This document shows, in pieces, positions 60,902-64,000 of a stretch of DNA of 64,000 bases (position 1 is its first letter; each line of letters opens with the position of its first letter). The translations under genes were made by a program, and so were the position numbers. Origin of the DNA: a virus; the IMG/VR virus record IMGVR_UViG_3300027969_000042, positions 1 to 64,000 of that record, one strand, 5' to 3'. The notes under the pieces are model-generated. The model searched no databases and had not been told where the DNA came from. It was given only the letters and a program-made list of their open reading frames with translations.

Positions 60902-61613
60902 TTATATACATTCTTAAATTCTCCCATAAAAACTGAAAGATATTATCAATTTGGTCATATTTAATTCTAATCAAATTTATATAATTCTCTTCACAATAAT
61001 CATTCTTAATTTTGTCATTTAACTTCATTCTTTGATAAGTTTTAGAGCCACCTAACGTATCAACAGGCTCAAAGTGATATAATCCATCAAACTCAATACA
61101 TGTTCTAATAGACTCAATATAAAAGTCAAATGATATATTATTAATAAATAGTTTATGTTTATAATCTATATTAAATTTTTTAAGAAAATCCATAATTTCT
61201 TTTTCTCCTTCTAAATCATATTTATTTAAAGTATCATTTAAAATAGATTCTTCGTTCTTTCTAAACTCTGGTGCCAATCCTTCTAAATGAGATTTAGCTC
61301 TTTGTTCATAAACAATACCATTATAAATAACTTTAATATTATTTAGTGCTCCTTCATACTTAGTTAAAGAATAATCATATTTATCTTTCCATACTTCCTT
61401 GGCCTCTAATATAAATTGTTCGGTAGTTTTTTTATAAAGTACTTTCTCTGGACATCTACCAGATAAATGCTTTATTACTTTTTGATAATAAACATTATCA
61501 TCAAATTTAACTTTTATAGTATCTGATACCTTTACTTTATCAGATAAATCTATGTATTCATACTTATATCCGTGTATATTATGTGCCTTTTCTAAAAATT
61601 TTAATCTTGTCAT
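60888..61613 (-). mobile_element. Free-standing homing-endonuclease-like gene (DUF723-type repeats plus PD-(D/E)xK/DUF559-like domain)
   Basis: FLEKAHNIHGYKYEY / FILEAKEVWKDKYDYS repeats; FDFYI...CIEFDGLYHF...KNDYC...LIRIKY. Confidence 0.75.
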
Positions 61614-61637
61614 ATACTATATATCAAAAAGTTATAC

Positions 61638-61674
61638 CCCCTTTCAAAACTTTTTTAAAAAATGTTGAAAGGGG
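61638..61674. promoter_or_regulatory. Imperfect 37-bp palindrome in the divergent endonuclease/uvsX spacer
   Basis: CCCCTTTCAA...TTGAAAGGGG with no adjacent T-run. Confidence 0.55.
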
Positions 61675-61725
61675 AGAGTAATAAGTTTATATATACATTA
61701 TAGAAAAAATTAATAATTAAAGATT

Positions 61726-62958
61726 ATGGCAAAAGTTGCAAAAGAAGTTAAAAAATTTGAATTTAGTAAAGTAGGAACAATTCTAGATAATATTGGAAAA
61801 AGTATTCCAATTGTTATTGAAAAAGAAATAAAAGAAAAAGTATTCATTTCAACGGGTGTATATTTAGTAGATGCTGCAATGTCAGGTAGATTACTTAATG
61901 GTGGTATAGCGACTAATAGAATTAGTGTTTTTGCTGGTGAATCAGGTGCAGGAAAGTCGTTTATGTGTTTCTCGTGTGCAAAACACGCACAAAAAGCAGG
62001 ATATAGTGTTATTTATATTGATACTGAAAATGCTATTGATTTGGAAGATTTACCAAAATATGGTGTAGATAATTCAATAGATAAATTTAGATTAGTTCGT
62101 TCGAATAAAGTTGAAGATGTGAATATGTTATTAACACAATTGATTGATGATTTAAAAGAACAAAAAATGGCTGGTTATGAATTACCTAAATTACTAATAG
62201 TTATTGATTCATTGGGTCAAATGGCTTCAAATAAAGAAAAAAATGACTTATTAAAAGGAGATATTAAACAAGATATGACTAAAGCTAAAGCATTAGGATC
62301 TTTATTTAGAAGTATCAATACAGATCTTGGATATTTAGATATTCCACTTTTAGTTGCAAATCACACATATTTAACTATGGATCTTTTTCCTAAATCTGTA
62401 ATGAAAGGTGGTAATGGTCTATTATATTCTGCGTCAGTTATCGGTATGATGTCAAAATCACAACTTAAAACTGGTGAAGAAGATGATATGGATTTAGGTT
62501 CAAGTGGTATTTCAGTTTTATTTAAAACACAGAAGTCTAGATTGGCAAAACCTAAGAAAATCAGATTTGATATTTCATTTGCACATGGTATGAATCCTTT
62601 CACTGGATTAGATGCTTTCTGTAGACCAGAGTACTTTGATAAAATTGGTATTGCGAAAGGTAAAATGGAAGTTGATAAATCAACTGGTGAAATGAAGTTT
62701 ATTCCGGGTGGAATTAGATGGTATATTGATCACTTAAATAAATCAGTACATACTAAACAATTATTCACTCAAGAGGTATTCACTCAAGAGGTATTAGAAA
62801 AAATGGAACCAATTGTAAATGATTACTTTAGATTTAAGTCTTTAGATGAAATAGAAGACGTTGAGAAAGAATTCAATAGTATCATCGGTGATGAAGATGA
62901 TACAACAGATGATAACGGATTTACAGACTCAGCAGATGCTGATGATATTTTCGGATAA
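61726..62958 (+). CDS. uvsX: UvsX/RecA-like recombinase
   Basis: ISTG...D..MSG...GGI; AGESGAGKS; IYIDTE; IVIDSLG; DMTKAK; VANHTY; GGNGLLYSAS. Confidence 0.92.
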   Translation: MAKVAKEVKKFEFSKVGTILDNIGKSIPIVIEKEIKEKVFISTGVYLVDAAMSGRLLNGGIATNRISVFAGESGAGKSFMCFSCAKHAQKAGYSVIYIDTENAIDLEDLPKYGVDNSIDKFRLVRSNKVEDVNMLLTQLIDDLKEQKMAGYELPKLLIVIDSLGQMASNKEKNDLLKGDIKQDMTKAKALGSLFRSINTDLGYLDIPLLVANHTYLTMDLFPKSVMKGGNGLLYSASVIGMMSKSQLKTGEEDDMDLGSSGISVLFKTQKSRLAKPKKIRFDISFAHGMNPFTGLDAFCRPEYFDKIGIAKGKMEVDKSTGEMKFIPGGIRWYIDHLNKSVHTKQLFTQEVFTQEVLEKMEPIVNDYFRFKSLDEIEDVEKEFNSIIGDEDDTTDDNGFTDSADADDIFG

Positions 62959-62977
62959 AAATAAAAAAATATTGCTT

Positions 62978-63118
62978 ATGAAAATTTTAGACAGAATGTT
63001 ATTATTTTGTATGTGGTTATCATTAAGGTTTGATAAATTAGATACAACAGATAGAAAGATATTTGACTGTATACCAGAACAAAAGAACAAAAAGAGAAGA
63101 GAAATGCAACTTATATAA
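62978..63118 (+). CDS. Small hypothetical protein (46 aa)
   Basis: ATG 62978 within the track ORF 62861..63118. Confidence 0.4.
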   Translation: MKILDRMLLFCMWLSLRFDKLDTTDRKIFDCIPEQKNKKRREMQLI

Positions 63119-63174
63119 AAATTAAAACCCCTTTATTAAAGTGGGTTTAAAAACAAAAAAAAATAAAAATTATT

Positions 63175-63348
63175 ATGACAAAACAAGAAATTTACGAACA
63201 GTTGAAAACTTTGTGGGAAGACTTTGATACAAATCACAACAAAACAACTAAGAAATCTGATGCAGATGCTCGTAAAGCATTAGGAGAAATTAAAAAATTA
63301 GTAACTCCTTATAGAACGGAATCGGTTAATGAAGCTAAAGCACAATAA
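63175..63348 (+). CDS. Hc1 (histone H1-like, Bacteroidota-type) small DNA-binding protein; not in the track
   Basis: Manual translation MTKQEIYEQLKTLWEDFDTNHNKTTKKSDADARKALGEIKKLVTPYRTESVNEAKAQ; ARKA..E..K....YR.ES pattern. Confidence 0.7.
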   Translation: MTKQEIYEQLKTLWEDFDTNHNKTTKKSDADARKALGEIKKLVTPYRTESVNEAKAQ

Positions 63349-63425
63349 GTAGTAGTAGTTTATAGTTTATTTTTCCTTATTTCTTAAAATAAGGTGGTGG
63401 AAGTTCAACTAACCGGTTGACCCTG

Positions 63426-63456
63426 AAAAACCCTCAAATCTAATTTGAGGGTTTTT
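63426..63456. terminator. Bidirectional terminator
   Basis: AAAAACCCTCAAAT-cta-ATTTGAGGGTTTTT. Confidence 0.88.
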
Positions 63457-63973
63457 TGTTTTCTCCATAACTTAAAGTACTTTTCTTATACCAAAGTATC
63501 CAATAAAGTACTGTAAATAAAGATCCAAATGGTGTTTTTAAATCAGAGTAGTATCTAATAATAAAATCAATAACATGTCCAAAAATCATTATAAAAAGAA
63601 ATAAGATAAACATCTTATCAAGTTTTTTAGAGTAAAGTGATCTTTTAATATTGTTGATATGTTGTTTTTTTATAAAAAATCTACTAGTCAGATCTTGTAA
63701 CTTTTCGTCTCTACTACAAGACGTACACATTTTAAAATCTTCTGATCTTTCATTCTGTGAAACCCTTGTAAATATACCACTAAGTTGATTAAATTTATTT
63801 ACTTGATTTTGTTCTATATCTGGTATAATATCTTGTTTACAAGAATAACATTTGATACCTTGTTGTACATCAAATGTTATTAGTGTTTTTTTCTTACGTA
63901 ATCGAAATAATAAAACTGATACAATAATCATTACTAATAATGACATTAAAGTAAAAAAGAAAGATACTGTCAT
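63440..63973 (-). CDS. Membrane protein with CxxC...CxxC zinc finger and internal RDEKLQDL tag
   Basis: N-terminal TM helix, KCYSC...MCTSC, two C-terminal TM helices. Confidence 0.75.
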   Translation of the reverse strand: MTVSFFFTLMSLLVMIIVSVLLFRLRKKKTLITFDVQQGIKCYSCKQDIIPDIEQNQVNKFNQLSGIFTRVSQNERSEDFKMCTSCSRDEKLQDLTSRFFIKKQHINNIKRSLYSKKLDKMFILFLFIMIFGHVIDFIIRYYSDLKTPFGSLFTVLYWILWYKKSTLSYGENKKPSN

Positions 63974-64000
63974 TATGCTAAAATTAGTTCTAAAAACTTA

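Noticed and set aside
2666-62603. Antisense or alternate-frame ORFs in the track (2666, 8947, 10673, 12496, 13226, 17154, 17811, 19003, 27108, 28160, 28259, 28594, 32007, 32485, 36486, 36925, 38227, 40317, 42911, 43027, 43064, 45796, 49014, 49033, 49760, 50158, 51474, 51664, 57695, 62361)
   Set aside because: They lie inside longer, motif-bearing genes and have atypical composition. Several are just shadows of repeat-coding DNA.
61726-62958. Possible intein or intron in uvsX (or gp46, phoH)
   Set aside because: Lengths are normal and motifs are contiguous; there is no C1...HN/C-S-T splice pattern.
63390-63425. Minus-strand ...GAACTTCCACCA resembling a tRNA 3' end
   Set aside because: No TTCGA T-loop, anticodon arm or matching 5' acceptor strand.
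1-64000. Stop-codon reassignment as in Lak or some crAss-like phages
   Set aside because: Genes up to 5.8 kb are open under code 11, and TAG and TAA both end genes at sensible boundaries. The observed breaks are frame changes, not in-frame stops.

Overview
The window is 64 kb of very AT-rich, densely coding DNA read with the standard genetic code. It has almost no Shine-Dalgarno motifs. It looks like part of a large (jumbo-type) T4-like tailed phage genome infecting a Bacteroidota host, probably Flavobacterium-like. Host evidence: TAnnTTTG promoters, a captured T9SS-cargo-like gene, an Hc1-like gene and a Bacteroidota-type glyA fragment. It has two blocks of giant virion-protein genes (3.3-15.7 kb on +, 26.8-48.1 kb on -) with GxWxx/GxFxx pentapeptide repeats, P-domain-like modules, pectin-lyase-like modules and collagen/Gly-Ser repeats. 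A TibC/Aah-like glycosyltransferase fusion lies next to the second block. There are recombination genes (gp46/SbcC-like, UvsX/RecA-like), plus PhoH, DnaJ, a sirtuin and two peptidases, and a nucleotide/NAD-handling cluster at 52.8-58.6 kb. The most unusual signals: (i) about 13 unrelated small proteins share an R-x-x-K-[IL]-x-x-[IL]-[LIF] helix, usually at the C-terminus; (ii) some of these carry fragments of virion proteins, namely an adjacent major-capsid fragment and a peptide with two tail-sheath N-arm motifs at 21.2-21.7 kb; (iii) about 10 proteins have T4 capsid-targeting-like N-termini and several follow a TATATA[GC] putative late promoter; (iv) several homopolymer frameshifts and a truncated glyA joined to a tagged stub. 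No tRNA, rRNA, CRISPR array or reverse transcriptase was recognised. All family assignments come from motif recognition by eye; no database searches were run.
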